From contig CAYZRF010000029.1 of assembly GCA_964480775.1 (NCBI GenBank), positions 1 to 19,594 of the forward strand: a DNA stretch of 19,594 nucleotides, in the 5' to 3' direction. This document shows, in pieces, positions 19,274 through 19,594 of this stretch (position 1 is its first letter; each line of letters starts with the position of its first letter). The notes below the pieces were generated by a model that was not told the origin of the DNA, did not search any database, and saw only the letters and a list, made by a program, of their open reading frames with translations. The stretch is from an uncultured Nitrososphaerota archaeon (GTDB taxonomy: Archaea; Korarchaeota; Korarchaeia; Korarchaeales; Korarchaeaceae). A program made the position numbers and the translations under genes.

Positions 19274-19588
19274 TCAACCACCGTATTTCTCACCGCAATA
19301 ATAGTGTTTCTCAATCAACTCTTCAAGTTCATTTACCACTTCGATGATTTTTTGCCAATCACTATTTTCTTCGTTGCAAAATCCATGAAATTGCGCATAT
19401 GGACATTCAATTTCGTCGCAATAAATCGGAAATCCTTTTTTCCGTGCTTCAAGATTTCGCAAAACGCAAAAATAGCAGGCGTCGCCAGATATTGGAAATT
19501 TTCCAAGCCAAGCAAGCAGTATTTGTTGTTTAAGACTCATTATCTCCTCAACAGTTTTGGCTTTTTTCATCAATTCCAACAGATGCAT
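19274..19588 (-). CDS. Cys-rich hypothetical protein (104 aa)
   Basis: CYFC-x22-C-x4-C-x9-C plus His residues suggest a metal-binding fold. The start lies close to the window edge, so the upstream context is unseen. Confidence 0.6.
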   Translation of the reverse strand: MHLLELMKKAKTVEEIMSLKQQILLAWLGKFPISGDACYFCVLRNLEARKKGFPIYCDEIECPYAQFHGFCNEENSDWQKIIEVVNELEELIEKHYYCGEKYGG

Positions 19589-19594
19589 AACTTC

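Larger units (their letters stand above)
1..19594. mobile_element. Candidate integrated virus/plasmid-like element (or fragment) of a hyperthermophilic archaeon
   Basis: No housekeeping genes. More than 40 tightly packed, mostly orphan ORFs with overlapping start/stop codons. Contains a PriS-like primase, several RHH/wHTH regulators, LamG/Ig-like secreted proteins and many small membrane proteins. No borders, integrase or att site seen inside the window, so the extent is unknown. Confidence 0.45.

Noticed and set aside
1-19594. The window as a complete circular genome, with ends joining.
   Set aside because: The partial plus-strand ORF at 2-172 would have to continue through the window's 3' end. 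There that frame runs antisense to the well-supported Cys-rich gene 19274-19588. No terminal repeat links the two ends.
1-19594. Integrase, Walker-A ATPase (packaging, partition or conjugation) or known capsid protein.
   Set aside because: I scanned the translations for GxxxxGK[ST] and for tyrosine-recombinase R..H..R..Y patterns and found none. Absence by eye is weak evidence, so this needs profile searches.

Overview
AT-rich 19.6-kb window (low-40s % G+C by eye) with the coding style of a hyperthermophilic archaeon: K/E/I-rich proteins, GGAGGTGA-type ribosome-binding sites, A/T-rich BRE/TATA-like boxes about 25 nt upstream of near-leaderless starts, oligo-T terminators, GTG/TTG starts, and many ATGA/TAATG start-stop overlaps. 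I found no housekeeping genes, rRNA, tRNA, CRISPR array, integrase or P-loop ATPase. The content reads as a virus/plasmid-like mobile element, or part of one, in three blocks. (1) 1-8463, plus strand: secreted, N-glycosylation-sequon-rich surface proteins. These include two paralogues with near-identical DNA tracts and a 1081-aa protein with two LamG-like domains and an internal module duplication. The block is interrupted at 1448-2295 by a minus-strand cassette of Zn-finger, RHH regulator and small membrane protein. (2) 8491-11464, plus strand: a replication/regulation module. It holds an ASCH-like fusion protein, a Cys-rich mini-protein, a PriS-like archaeo-eukaryotic primase lacking the usual zinc knuckle, a small acidic protein and a wHTH protein. 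(3) 11593-19588, mostly minus strand: densely overlapping small genes. These include membrane and coiled-coil proteins, a DUF3467 protein, HTH/wHTH/RHH regulators, a membrane-anchored transglutaminase-like cysteine protease, a second RHH plus small-membrane-protein cassette, and five ORFs under 60 aa missing from the supplied track. Two roughly 66% G+C islands (11474-11558 and 14654-14723) in intergenic gaps look like structured small RNAs. All domain calls come from motif recognition by eye, with no searches run. The mobile-element interpretation is inference.
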